Shown here: one piece after another, positions 54,522-64,000 of the stretch
Numbering within the stretch: the first letter of the stretch is position 1
Layout of the letters: each line of letters starts with the position of its first letter
Assembly: GCA_036675285.1 (NCBI GenBank)
Contig: JAKFFK010000245.1
Location: 8,589 to 72,588 of the forward strand
Source of the DNA: Paucimonas sp.
Lineage (GTDB): Bacteria; Pseudomonadota; Gammaproteobacteria; Burkholderiales; Burkholderiaceae_D
Reading direction: 5' to 3'
Length of the DNA stretch: 64,000 bases
Program-made: the position numbers and the translations under genes
Notes under the pieces: generated by a model
The model's database searches: none
Told to the model about the DNA's origin: nothing
What the model saw: the letters and a program-made list of their open reading frames with translations, nothing else

Positions 54522-54574
54522 GCTACAACAGCACCCGTCAATTGCGCGCAAGTATGAGCGCATCGGCGCTTGCG

Positions 54575-55021
54575 TCAGGCAGCGGGCCGGGGCCGCTCCG
54601 GCTCGGAAGGCATTGAAATGTCTTCCAGCGTCCGGCCGACTTCTGCCGAATGCTTGGTTGCCAGGTCACCCAAGGAGACGATGCCCACCAGCTTGCGGGA
54701 TGCGGAATCGATCACCGGGACGCGGCGGATCTGCACATCGCGCATGGTATCCATGACTTGATTGACTTCCTGATTGTCAAAACAATATTGGACATCGCGC
54801 GACATGACTTCCTGTACTTCGACATCTTCCGGCAGCTGGCCGGCTGCAGTGGCACGGATGGTGATGTCGCGGTCGGTAATCATGCCGACCAGTTTTTGGC
54901 CATCACAAACCGGGATCGAACCGATATCCAGTTCCTCCATGATCTGTGCTGCACGGCGGATACTTTCGTGCGGCGCAATCACCACCACATCACGTGTCAT
55001 GATTTCGGAAATTAACTGCAT
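54575..55021 (-). CDS. CBS-domain protein
   Basis: IMTRDV...IGSIPVCDGQKLVGMITDRDI...IRRVPVID...VGIVSLGDL. Confidence 0.92.
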   Translation of the reverse strand: MQLISEIMTRDVVVIAPHESIRRAAQIMEELDIGSIPVCDGQKLVGMITDRDITIRATAAGQLPEDVEVQEVMSRDVQYCFDNQEVNQVMDTMRDVQIRRVPVIDSASRKLVGIVSLGDLATKHSAEVGRTLEDISMPSEPERPRPAA

Positions 55022-55077
55022 TACATTCTCCTTGCACGGAACACCATGCCAACCGGCCAATCCGGTCGGCACTGCCC

Positions 55078-55240
55078 TAGTGGGTCACTTGGCAACTGAT
55101 GCAGTATAAAAGCACGTCTTTTTGCGCCAGACGGTGTTGCAAATCCTCGCGATAGTCCCGCTATCGCTGCGGTTTGCGCCTTGTCTGGCGCAAAAATCCA
55201 TCGCTTTTATTTGCCACACCAGTTGCCAAGCGACCCACTA
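55078..55240. repeat. 163-bp imperfect palindrome (MITE-like or structured-RNA-like)
   Basis: Arms of about 78 bp with matched blocks TAGTGGGTC, CTTGGCAACTG, ATAAAAGC, TTTTTGCGCCAGAC, GCAAA and GCGATAG; loop TCCCG. Confidence 0.85.
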
Positions 55241-55475
55241 ACATGCAAATGAATGCAATAAAAATGCCGGCCCATCAAGATCGCTTGATGACTGGCCAAA
55301 ACGCTCCCGGCATTTGCCAAATGCCGGGTTTGCAAGTAATTTCCCGCGCGCCGCCGGATTCAGCGGCATGCGGCACATTGGATGCAAGACCGCACAAGCG
55401 CCAGACCGAAGCTGGAACGACGTGCCACTCAGGCGATCGACCCCCGCTAAAAATGCATGGCATGCTGTAGAAAAT

Positions 55476-56312
55476 CTAGTTCCCCGAGTAACTGCTCCAG
55501 TTATAAACCGGAATTTCACCCAGCCGCGTGCCGATCTGGATTGTGATCGATCGATGCGAACTCAATTCGATATCGCCCGGATCCCCTTCATGCTGGCGCA
55601 ATGCGCCGTTATCCTCGACATAAATCACCACCGGCTGATCGGTAAAGCCTGCCACGTTATTCCATGACAGCGGCTGCCCCCAGACCGCGAACAGATCACC
55701 GAGCGTCAAGCGCTTGTAGGCATTTGAAAAGGCATCGACCACTCCCGACATGTTATCGGTATTGACTTCATACAGGCAGTCGGCGGCCATGCCGATGTAC
55801 TGTGGAATGGCAAGCCGCTGCCCATCCCTGAAAATCGATACGTGCGCATGCACGAAATAATTTGTCGACAGCCATTCATATTTGATGCAATTGGCATTGC
55901 CGACCGGCGCGCCCTTGCCGCCGCTGGCGGTATTGCCGTCGGCCCAGGCACGCACGCCCAGCGTGCCATTCGGTCCGGCGTCCAGCACAATCGGCGTGCC
56001 GGAAAGCGGCGGCAGATTCGGATTGGCCGTGGTCGTGGTGCTGGAACTGGTCGTGGTAGTCGTGTCGCCGTATGTACTGGTGGTCGTGGTGGCGGCACTT
56101 GTGCTGGTGGCGCCGACCATGGTCGTGGTGGTGGTGCCTGCCAACGAGCTGGTGGTGGTCGTGCCAGCAGTGCTGGTGCTCGCCGTGGCGCCGGCCGTGT
56201 TCGATGCACCGTCCGTACCGGCACCGGCCAAGCCATCTCCGCCGCCACCGCAGCCGGTCATCAACACAAAAGACAACACGGACAGCGTTTTAGAATGCAA
56301 CAGTTGCGGCAT
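55476..56312 (-). CDS. Hypothetical lipoprotein with a long Thr/Ser-rich linker and a conserved C-terminal domain
   Basis: Lipobox MTGC followed by GGGG; T/S-rich stalk; C-terminal HAHVSIF...CLYE...LTLGDLFAVWGQPL. Confidence 0.75.
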   Translation of the reverse strand: MPQLLHSKTLSVLSFVLMTGCGGGGDGLAGAGTDGASNTAGATASTSTAGTTTTSSLAGTTTTTMVGATSTSAATTTTSTYGDTTTTTSSSTTTTANPNLPPLSGTPIVLDAGPNGTLGVRAWADGNTASGGKGAPVGNANCIKYEWLSTNYFVHAHVSIFRDGQRLAIPQYIGMAADCLYEVNTDNMSGVVDAFSNAYKRLTLGDLFAVWGQPLSWNNVAGFTDQPVVIYVEDNGALRQHEGDPGDIELSSHRSITIQIGTRLGEIPVYNWSSYSGN

Positions 56313-56819
56313 GGATTTTCCTTTTGAATGGGTGCATGCTCGGCGTAAATAAAATTTACCGAGAGAAGCATGACGTCCTAGCAATTTATCCAAGCCAGCC
56401 GCTCGCACCCTGATGCGGATCAAAAGAAAAACGGCAACAAATTCTTTGAATCAAGTCATAGAAAGTTTATGAATTTAAATATGAGAAATCACAAATGCCT
56501 CACCACATGATGAAATTGAGTGTCTCCAAAAAATGAGGTATTGCTTCAAAATTGATGGGCATGGCGATGGCAGCATTGCTGTTTTTTGAATGAGCCCGCA
56601 AACCTCGCACGATAGCGGCAGGAATTTCCTGCGGGCTCAAAATTTGCGCAAACATGTAAGATTGTCTGGCGTTGCCAAGAGTTACAAAAATAATGGAACG
56701 CAATCAAGATGCCAACATGCCGGATGCCGTTGCTTTAGGCGCGTGTATCCGGCGAATCGCTGCTTCAAGTCGCCAACCTGAGATTCGCCCCGGATCGACA
56801 GTCCGGTTTCCAAGCGTGA

Positions 56820-57344
56820 CTAGCGTTTGACAATCACGCCGCAGGCAAGCCGTGCGCCGGAATTGCCGGTCGGCTGAGTCTTGAAGTCATCCGGTGCGGC
56901 ATGGACAATCACGGCGCGGCCAATGATGCCGGATTCGCCGCTGCCGAGGCTCAGTCCGGATAGAGTTGTTGTCAGGCTAGCCTTGCCATTCTGATCGGCC
57001 TGCAACATCGGCAAGTCGCCTACATGGTGTTCGCCCTTGCCGGGATGCCCATGCTTTTTGTCGCCGGGATTGAAATGACCACCGGCGCTGGTGCCATCCG
57101 GTGCACTGCAATCACCCTTTTCATGAATATGGAAACCATGGCCACCCGGCGTCAAGCCACTGAACGAAGCGACTACCTTGATCAGTTCATTTTGCTGTGT
57201 AAAAGTAACTGTGCCGCGCACATCCTGTCCTTCGGTCGGCTGCATGCGTGCTTGCGCCGTGGCGCCACCGCTTGGCATCCACGCACAGCCGGTGGCCAGC
57301 AACAGCGTCAGCAGCGAGGCGAAAAGCAACTGATAGGTTTTCAT
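56820..57344 (-). CDS. sodC: Cu/Zn superoxide dismutase (lipoprotein)
   Basis: HGFHIHE, GGHFNP, HVGDLP, RAVIVHA, GARLACG. Confidence 0.95.
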   Translation of the reverse strand: MKTYQLLFASLLTLLLATGCAWMPSGGATAQARMQPTEGQDVRGTVTFTQQNELIKVVASFSGLTPGGHGFHIHEKGDCSAPDGTSAGGHFNPGDKKHGHPGKGEHHVGDLPMLQADQNGKASLTTTLSGLSLGSGESGIIGRAVIVHAAPDDFKTQPTGNSGARLACGVIVKR

Positions 57345-57823
57345 GTTTTTCTCCTGTAAATTTTATCCAAGAAATACTGTTTCACACTGCGTCGCCTATG
57401 CCAGCATCGCGGCGATTTTCAGACGCCCAGATTGCGCACGCAGTGAGGCTCGTCATGCGTACTTTGAACCAGGCAACTTGTGCAAGCATGCCGCAGTATC
57501 GCGATTGCCGGTTCGATGACAGCAAATTGGATCAACAAGACCGCTCTTCGTTGCACACGCATCAAGATACTTTGGATGGTCGGGGAAATTTCATATAGAG
57601 ATGCTGCGCGAAACGATGGTCAACAAAACCGATTGTCTTGATTGTCTTCGGGAAGCAAGCAAGGTTCAGACAACAATTCGATTGGGCTGGATCGCATGCG
57701 CTTATCACGACAATCGCTGGACCGCGGCCATCGCTGGACTGCAGCGGCTGGATTGAGAGCATGCTGCCGGCTAAATCCGCATGCCGCGTGACATTACGCT
57801 GCCGATGCTGCTGGTGATAAATA

Positions 57824-58585
57824 TTAGCTCTTGAGCCGGTATCCGGTCTTGAACACCCACCACACGGCGGTGAGGCACAGCATCAGAAATACCAGGGTCA
57901 TGCCGATGCTGAGCCCGACACTGACGTCGGCGACGCCATAAAAACTCCAACGGAAGCCGCTGATCAGATAGACCACCGGATTGAACAATGCAATTTTTTG
58001 CCACAGCGGCGGCAGCATGTTAATCGAGTAAAAGCTGCCCCCTAGGAAAGCCAGCGGCGTCACGATCATCAGCGGGATGATCTGCAGCTTTTCAAAACCG
58101 TCGGCCCAGATGCCGATCAGAAAACCGAACAGGCTGAAGGTCAACGCAGTCAGCAGCAGGAACACGATCATCCAGACCGGATGCGCAATGCCAAACGGCA
58201 CAAAGATCCGTGCGGTAGCCAGGATCAACAATCCCAGGATGACTGACTTGGTGGCGGCGGCGCCGACATAACCGATCACGATCTCGAGGGCCGAGATCGG
58301 CGCCGACAGGATTTCATAAATGGTGCCGGTAAACTTCGGCATATAAATCCCGAAGGAAGCATTGGAGATGCTTTCCGTCATCAGGGACAGCATGATCAGG
58401 CCGGGCACGATGAATGCACCGTAACTGACGCCGTCGATCGCGACCATGCGCGAACCAATGGCTGCGCCGAACACCACAAAGTAAAGCGATGTCGAGATCA
58501 CCGGCGAGGCAATGCTTTGCATCAGGGTTCGCCATGTGCGGGCCAGCTCGAACAGATAAATGGCGCGGATGGCATGGAAATTCAT
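57824..58585 (-). CDS. ABC-2 type permease (YadH-like)
   Basis: [12 protein letters not shown]; [10 protein letters not shown]; [11 protein letters not shown]. Confidence 0.92.
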   Translation of the reverse strand: MNFHAIRAIYLFELARTWRTLMQSIASPVISTSLYFVVFGAAIGSRMVAIDGVSYGAFIVPGLIMLSLMTESISNASFGIYMPKFTGTIYEILSAPISALEIVIGYVGAAATKSVILGLLILATARIFVPFGIAHPVWMIVFLLLTALTFSLFGFLIGIWADGFEKLQIIPLMIVTPLAFLGGSFYSINMLPPLWQKIALFNPVVYLISGFRWSFYGVADVSVGLSIGMTLVFLMLCLTAVWWVFKTGYRLKS

Positions 58586-59508
58586 GACGGCACTTTCATC
58601 AGGTTGACAAAAATTTCTTCCAGCGAGCTCTGGCTGGACTGGATATCCTTGAATTCGATCCGATGCTCGTGCAGTAGCCGCAGCAAATCGGCCACCCCGG
58701 TTGGTTGGCTATGCGCATCGAAGGTATAAATCAGTTCACTGCCGTCTGCAGACAACTCAAGCTGCAGTCCGGCGAGTGGTTCCGGCACCTTGTCCAGCGG
58801 GTGCTGCAGGTGCAGCGTCAATTGTTTCTTGCCGAGTTTTTCCATCAGCGCCATCTTGTCTTCGACCAGCAGGATCTCGCCTTTGCGGATGATGCCGATC
58901 CGGTCCGCCATCTCTTCGGCTTCCTCGATATAGTGGGTGGTCAGGATGATGGTCACGCCGCTGGCGCGCAAGCCGCGCACCATTTGCCACATGTCGCGCC
59001 GCAATTCGACATCGACACCGGCGGTAGGCTCGTCGAGAAACAGAATCTGCGGCTCGTGCGACAGGGCCTTGGCGATCATCACCCGGCGCTTCATGCCGCC
59101 CGACAGCATGATGATCTTGCTATCCTTTTTATCCCACAGCGACAGGTCGCGCAGCACCTTTTCGATATACGCAGGATTGCGCGGCTTGCCGAAAATGCCG
59201 CGGCTGAAGTTCACCGTGGCCCACACGGTTTCAAAGGCATCGGTCGACAATTCCTGCGGCACCAGGCCAATTCTGGAGCGCGCCGCGCGATAGTCGCGCA
59301 CCACATCATGGCCGTCGGCCAGGATGACGCCCTGGCTGGGTGTGACAATGCCGCAGATGATGTTGATCAGCGTGGTCTTGCCGGCGCCGTTCGGGCCAAG
59401 CAGCGCCAGAATCTCGCCGCGGCGGATATCCAGATCGATCCCCTTGAGCGCCTGAAAGCCGGACGCATAGGTCTTGGTGAGATTCCTGATTGTGACGATT
59501 GGCTGCAC
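58582..59508 (-). CDS. ABC transporter ATP-binding protein (YadG-like), GTG start
   Basis: [31 protein letters not shown]; AGGAG Shine-Dalgarno before the GTG. Confidence 0.93.
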   Translation of the reverse strand: MQPIVTIRNLTKTYASGFQALKGIDLDIRRGEILALLGPNGAGKTTLINIICGIVTPSQGVILADGHDVVRDYRAARSRIGLVPQELSTDAFETVWATVNFSRGIFGKPRNPAYIEKVLRDLSLWDKKDSKIIMLSGGMKRRVMIAKALSHEPQILFLDEPTAGVDVELRRDMWQMVRGLRASGVTIILTTHYIEEAEEMADRIGIIRKGEILLVEDKMALMEKLGKKQLTLHLQHPLDKVPEPLAGLQLELSADGSELIYTFDAHSQPTGVADLLRLLHEHRIEFKDIQSSQSSLEEIFVNLMKVPS

Positions 59509-59837
59509 CCTGTCTCCTGATCCGTAACGATAAAATGCCTGGCGTGTATGACGCATGGCTTCTTGCCTTGACGACCCGGTGGCGTAACTGGAAGCCGAGT
59601 GCCCCTGGCAAGGGGCCGCAAGCAAGCGCAAGAAAAATGCAAGAAAGTCATGACCCGGGCCCCATCAGCTTGGCCACCAGTACCGATCCGGCTGGGAATG
59701 CCTGACCGGCATGTGCCATGCAATGCCGCCCTGCCCTGCGCCGCAGTATATGCCGAGAGGAGAAAAATGTTCAAGCTAATCACGGCCATGCGGCGGCTGG
59801 TGCGGCGCGCAACCGTACCGTGGCGTCGGAGGTCGCG

Positions 59838-62132
59838 CTAAAAGCGGTAAGCTGCGCTCAGGCCGGCGCTCCAGTTGCGCCCGGGGGCCGGTTCGAAGTA
59901 GCGGCCATTGCCGTCATTGATGATGGCCGAACCGGCGTACTGGCGATCGAACAGGTTGTCGAGCCGGGCAAAGGCATGCAAGGTCCAGCGCTGATGCTGC
60001 AGCAGATAACCGGCTTGGGCCGCAGCGACGAAATAGCCGGGCGCGGCAGCATCATTTTCATCATTCACATAGATCTTGCTCAGGTACCGCCCTTCAACGC
60101 CGGCGCGCCAGCCTTGCGGCGGCGCCCAGGCCAGCGAGGCAAACGCCATCTGACGGGCAATCCCGGGAATCCGGTTGCCGGCAGCCACCGGCACCGTCGC
60201 AGCACTGCACACCGGCGAACAAAAGCTGTCGCGATATTTGGCATCGAGCCAGGTATAGGCCGCCTGGGTACGCCAGTGCTGCGCCAGTTCTCCTTCCCAG
60301 CCCAGCTCCAGGCCATTGCGGCGCGTGCGGCCGGCATTCTGGAAAGTGCCGCGCCCATTGTTGCTGCCGGCGCTGACGATTTCATCCTCGGTACGGGTCT
60401 GGAACAGCGCCGCCGTCAGCATGCCGCTACTCAAGCGCAGCTTGGCGCCGGCTTCTGCGCTCAGATTGACCGATGGCTGCAGGCCGAAATTCAAGCCTGG
60501 CAACCCGTCGCTGCGGTAAGAGATTTCGCTGAAGGTCGGCGTCTCGAAACCGCGGCCGAGCGCCGCATACAGGTTCAGGTCGGGCCGGGCCTGGTAGCGC
60601 AATGCGGCCATCGGCAGCGCCTTGCGATAGCGCGCGTCGCCGCTGTCGTCGCCATTGACGCCAACGATGTAATCATCATCGGAAGAAAAGCGCACCGTGC
60701 TGTAGCGCACGCCCGCGTCCAGCGTCCAGCGTCCAGCGAATTGCCAGGATGCCTGCAGGTAGGGATCGATATTCCACAAATCATTGCTTTCATTGCGGCG
60801 CAAGCCGCCCTGCACGCCGAGTTGCTGAGTGACACCGGTGCCGATGAAGTTTTCATAGCCCTGGCGCTGCTCGGTCAGCGTGTCATAGGCCAGGCCGCCG
60901 ATCACGGTCAGTGGCCGGCCAGCCAGCGTCAGGCGCGAAGTCCAGCGCGCATCGATGCCGCCGTAATCGCGTCTCAGCACAATCACGCCGCCCGCATGGC
61001 GCGGATTGGCTTGCGGTCCGGGCGGAATCGACTGGAACTGCACGGTTTCGCGCTGGCCGTAGTAAGCCACCAGCCGCAACTGGTTGCTCGCATCGATGCG
61101 GCGTTCATACACCATTCCGCCCTGATTCTGCTGCACGGTCTTGCGCGTGTTGAACTGGGTCGCGACTGCCGCGACACTGCGCGGATTGGCCCGGAACTGC
61201 GCAAAGTTCAGTCCCAGCGGATCCTGCGCCTTCAAGTTCACGCTATTGACCACGAAGCTCAGCTTGCTGTCATCATCGAGCTGGATGCCAAGCTTGCCGT
61301 TCACCAGGTTTTTGCTGGCGGCGCTGTGCTCGCGATAGCCATCGGTGGTGAACCGGCTGCTACTGATCAGGTAATCGATCGCGCCAATGCCGCTGCCAGT
61401 TGAGCCGCTGGCCTTGAGTCCGTAGCGGCGCATGCCGTCACTGCCCAGCGTAAAGCTCGGCGTCACCAGCGGCGGCCCGCTGCCCTCTTCGGTAAAGACC
61501 TGGATCACGCCGCCGGATGAATTGCCGTACAGCGCAGAAAAAGGCCCGCGCAATATTTCAACCCGGTCGATCGAGGCAATATCGATGTTCGAACTCTGGC
61601 CCTGGCCATCCGGCAGCGTGGCCGGAATGCTATCCACATACAGGCGCACGCCGCGAATCCCGAAGGTCGAGCGCGCGCCGAAACCGCGTATGGCAATCTG
61701 CAAGTCTTGCGCATAATTTTGCCGGTTCTGGATCAGCAGCCCCGGCACGCCGCCCAAGCCTTCCGACAGGTTGACCTGCTGCCGGCTGTCGCGCATCGAC
61801 GCGCCGCTGACCACGTCAACCGATGCCGGCGCATTGAAAGGCGACACATCGATGCGCGTGCTGGTCACCACCACCGGTTTCAGTGTAGCCGCAGCCGAAG
61901 CCGGCGCAGCATCCTGCGCCTGCGCTGCGGCCGGGCCGCAAGCAGCCAGCACTGCGCCGGCTACCAGGGAATGGCCAAACATGCGTGGATTGCGAACTGC
62001 CGTGGCGTTGCATTTTCTGTTACGCAAATGAAGTAGTCGAGCGGAAAAAGACATCATGGTTTGGTTTTCTCGCCAGCATGGCGTTCGAACGGTAGCATCC
62101 GGCATAGTGAACACATTTGCAGACTGGTTCAA
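59838..62132 (-). CDS. TonB-dependent receptor, YncD/PqqU-like (start uncertain)
   Basis: Plug NRQNYAQDLQIAIRGFGARSTFGIRG...PDGQGQ...LRGPFSALYGNSSGGVI closely matches the E. coli YncD type; C-terminal YRF. Confidence 0.88.
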   Translation of the reverse strand: MNQSANVFTMPDATVRTPCWRENQTMMSFSARLLHLRNRKCNATAVRNPRMFGHSLVAGAVLAACGPAAAQAQDAAPASAAATLKPVVVTSTRIDVSPFNAPASVDVVSGASMRDSRQQVNLSEGLGGVPGLLIQNRQNYAQDLQIAIRGFGARSTFGIRGVRLYVDSIPATLPDGQGQSSNIDIASIDRVEILRGPFSALYGNSSGGVIQVFTEEGSGPPLVTPSFTLGSDGMRRYGLKASGSTGSGIGAIDYLISSSRFTTDGYREHSAASKNLVNGKLGIQLDDDSKLSFVVNSVNLKAQDPLGLNFAQFRANPRSVAAVATQFNTRKTVQQNQGGMVYERRIDASNQLRLVAYYGQRETVQFQSIPPGPQANPRHAGGVIVLRRDYGGIDARWTSRLTLAGRPLTVIGGLAYDTLTEQRQGYENFIGTGVTQQLGVQGGLRRNESNDLWNIDPYLQASWQFAGRWTLDAGVRYSTVRFSSDDDYIVGVNGDDSGDARYRKALPMAALRYQARPDLNLYAALGRGFETPTFSEISYRSDGLPGLNFGLQPSVNLSAEAGAKLRLSSGMLTAALFQTRTEDEIVSAGSNNGRGTFQNAGRTRRNGLELGWEGELAQHWRTQAAYTWLDAKYRDSFCSPVCSAATVPVAAGNRIPGIARQMAFASLAWAPPQGWRAGVEGRYLSKIYVNDENDAAAPGYFVAAAQAGYLLQHQRWTLHAFARLDNLFDRQYAGSAIINDGNGRYFEPAPGRNWSAGLSAAYRF

Positions 62133-62418
62133 TACGGATGCAATTCTGCGGCAGTCTTTAGCCGATTTTTGACAGGAAGCGATTAATTTACAATGTCGTG
62201 CGCGTTAAGTGATTGCGTGTAGTCAAGAAATCTGCTTCCTCATCGAAACAAATCTGGTTTTCCCGTGCAGTTGCAACAAGCTGCCATGGTGATCGGCGAA
62301 CAACCCGGCTTGAGTCAGACGCTTGATTTGTTTAACGCTGCACACCAGAATGCGGATACAGCCAGCATGGATCATCAGCCTGACGCTTCTCTACTGGAAC
62401 AAACCAACAGGATAAAAC

Positions 62419-62859
62419 ATGAACAGCGACGTTGCGCACACAAGTTACCGAGACGTGCTTGAATGCATGTCCGAAGCACTGATCTTTGCCGACCCGGAAG
62501 GCATCATCCGGATCTGGAACCAGGGCGCCGAAGCTGTGTTCGGCCATGCTGCAGCCGACGCGCTTGGGCGCAGCCTCGATCTAATCATCCCGGAGCCATT
62601 ACGCAAAGCCCACTGGGACGGCTTTTATCAAGCCATCCGCCGCGGTGCCACCCTGCATGGCCGGCGCTCGATTGTCACGCGCGCGCTGCACCAGAGCGGC
62701 CGGCAGCTGTATGTCGACATGAGCTTTGCGATCGTCAAGGATCAGGCGGGCGCCATCACCGGCTCGATGGCAGTGGCGCGCGACGCCACCGAACGGCATC
62801 TGGAACAGAAAAGCCTGCGCCAGCAGCTAGCCGCATGCCTGGCCAAGCCACCGGCATAG
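62419..62859 (+). CDS. Stand-alone PAS-domain protein
   Basis: ALIFADPEGIIRIWNQGAEAVFG...LGRSLDLIIP...ARDATER. Confidence 0.88.
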   Translation: MNSDVAHTSYRDVLECMSEALIFADPEGIIRIWNQGAEAVFGHAAADALGRSLDLIIPEPLRKAHWDGFYQAIRRGATLHGRRSIVTRALHQSGRQLYVDMSFAIVKDQAGAITGSMAVARDATERHLEQKSLRQQLAACLAKPPA

Positions 62860-62947
62860 CGGCTGCTGCGCAAGCCATGTACGACACTCGCAACGGCAAA
62901 CCGGGCCCTGGCCCGTGAAGCCGCAGCCGCATCGACCGGCCGGCGCT

Positions 62948-63076
62948 TCAGCACATCGAAAATGCGCGCAGGAAGTCGAGCGTATTACCCGGCTCCAGCA
63001 ACTTGCTGACCGCCCAGCCGCCGATCAGCACACCTGCCGCCAGCAGCAAGGCCGCGCCGAGGTGAAATCGTTTCAT
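62948..63076 (-). CDS. 42-aa membrane peptide downstream of the MFS gene
   Basis: MKRFHLGAALLLAAGVLIGGWAVSKLLEPGNTLDFLRAFSMC; starts 11 bp after the MFS stop. Confidence 0.55.
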   Translation of the reverse strand: MKRFHLGAALLLAAGVLIGGWAVSKLLEPGNTLDFLRAFSMC

Positions 63077-63087
63077 GCTTTCCCCCA

Positions 63088-64000
63088 TCAGGCAGGCTGC
63101 AGGCGCGCCAGCTGGCGGTCGTCGATCGGCCAGTGCAAGGCCGCGGCCATCAAGCCCAGCCCGATTGCGCCCAGCCACACCAGATCGTACGAGCCGGTTG
63201 CATCGAACACAACGCCGCCCAGCCAGGCACCCATGAAACCGCCGACCTGATGGCCGACGAATACGAAGCCAAACAGGGTGGTCAGGTACTTTACGCCAAA
63301 CACTTGCGACACCAGCCCGTTGGTCAGCGGCGCGGTGCCCAGCCACAGCAAGCCCATGACGAAGGAAAAGACATACAGGGTCCATTCGCTGATCGGCAGC
63401 AGCACGAATGCCGTAATCGCGACCGAACGCATCAGGTAGTTATAGGCCAGCAAGTGCTTGCGCCGGTACTTGGTGCCCAGGATGCCAGAGTAATACGTGC
63501 CAGCGATATTGGCCAATGCGATCAGCGACAGCGCAATCACCGCGCTGCGCCCGGTCATGCCCTTGTCCATCAGGTAAGCCGGCAAGTGGCCGGCGATGAA
63601 GGCCAGTTGGAAGCCGCACGCCAGAAAGCCCAGGTTCAGCAGCCAGAACCCCTTGTGGGCAAACGCCTCAGCGAGCGCCTCGCGCAGCGACTGGTGCTGC
63701 TGCCCTTCGCGTACCAGATTGGCCGGTTCCGCCAGCGCGCCCGACAAAGGCGCCGCCGCCAGCATCACGCCGCCCAAGATCACCAGCGCGATCAGCCAGC
63801 CATAGCCGGCGATGAAAACTTGCGCCGCCGGCACCAACGCAAATTGCCCCAGTCCGCCGACCGCACCGGCCAGGCCCAGCGCCCAGCCGCGCCGCTCCGG
63901 CGCCACCAGGCGGCTCAGCGCGCCATACACGGTGCCGAACGAGGTGGCCGACAATCCGGCGCCGATCACCAGGCCGCAGCTCAGCAACAGCTCGAGGCTG
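63088..64000 (-). CDS. MFS transporter, 5' end outside the window
   Basis: Multiple transmembrane segments; PERRGWALG; FLACGFQLAFI; HQVGGFMGAWLGG. Confidence 0.9.
   Translation of the reverse strand, partial: SLELLLSCGLVIGAGLSATSFGTVYGALSRLVAPERRGWALGLAGAVGGLGQFALVPAAQVFIAGYGWLIALVILGGVMLAAAPLSGALAEPANLVREGQQHQSLREALAEAFAHKGFWLLNLGFLACGFQLAFIAGHLPAYLMDKGMTGRSAVIALSLIALANIAGTYYSGILGTKYRRKHLLAYNYLMRSVAITAFVLLPISEWTLYVFSFVMGLLWLGTAPLTNGLVSQVFGVKYLTTLFGFVFVGHQVGGFMGAWLGGVVFDATGSYDLVWLGAIGLGLMAAALHWPIDDRQLARLQPA

Noticed and set aside
55990-56240. Repetitive ACC/GTG-rich DNA
   Set aside because: It is explained by the Thr/Ser-rich coding stalk and is not a separate element.
56591-56639. TGAGCCCGCA...TGCGGGCTCA inverted repeat with an internal GCAGGAATTTCCTGC palindrome
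   Set aside because: Single copy in the window, plausibly a terminator-like structure downstream of sodC; insufficient support for an element.
59718-61403. 561-aa ORF opposite the TonB receptor
   Set aside because: Shadow ORF.
62133-62418. Fur box upstream of the TonB receptor or exbB
   Set aside because: No convincing match to GATAATGATAATCATTATC.

Overview
A 64-kb chromosomal segment of a GC-rich betaproteobacterium. Gene order and protein sequences suggest Burkholderiales, probably Oxalobacteraceae-like (inference). Bases 1-9.4 kb are a visibly AT-rich glycan-synthesis island made of two convergent blocks of glycosyltransferases, an epimerase, two methyltransferases and a MurJ-like flippase. 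A tandem-FHA gene and a PP2C phosphatase gene follow. The rest is mostly core genome: sucCD, recA-recX, purM, hda-pcnB-folK-panB, dnaJ-dnaK-grpE, hemH, recN-nadK, hrcA, fur, bamE-dapB-exbBD, leuS-lptE-holA-proA-hemJ. Accessory genes cluster at the right end (P-type ATPase, sodC, ABC pair, YncD/PqqU-like receptor, PAS protein, MFS). No rRNA, tRNA, CRISPR array or classical IS was seen. The most striking signals are small palindromic elements inside housekeeping operons. (1) A 95-aa GIY-YIG nuclease gene is tightly bracketed by inverted 28-bp CGTC-tagged REP-like palindromes, has a possible target-site duplication, and sits between sucC and sucD; it is a candidate minimal nuclease-driven REP mobile element. 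(2) Two inverted copies of a 43-bp palindromic repeat are translated in frame inside leuS. (3) The proA 3' end is duplicated in a way that resembles an att scar. (4) Several other unexplained hairpin structures occur in intergenic regions.
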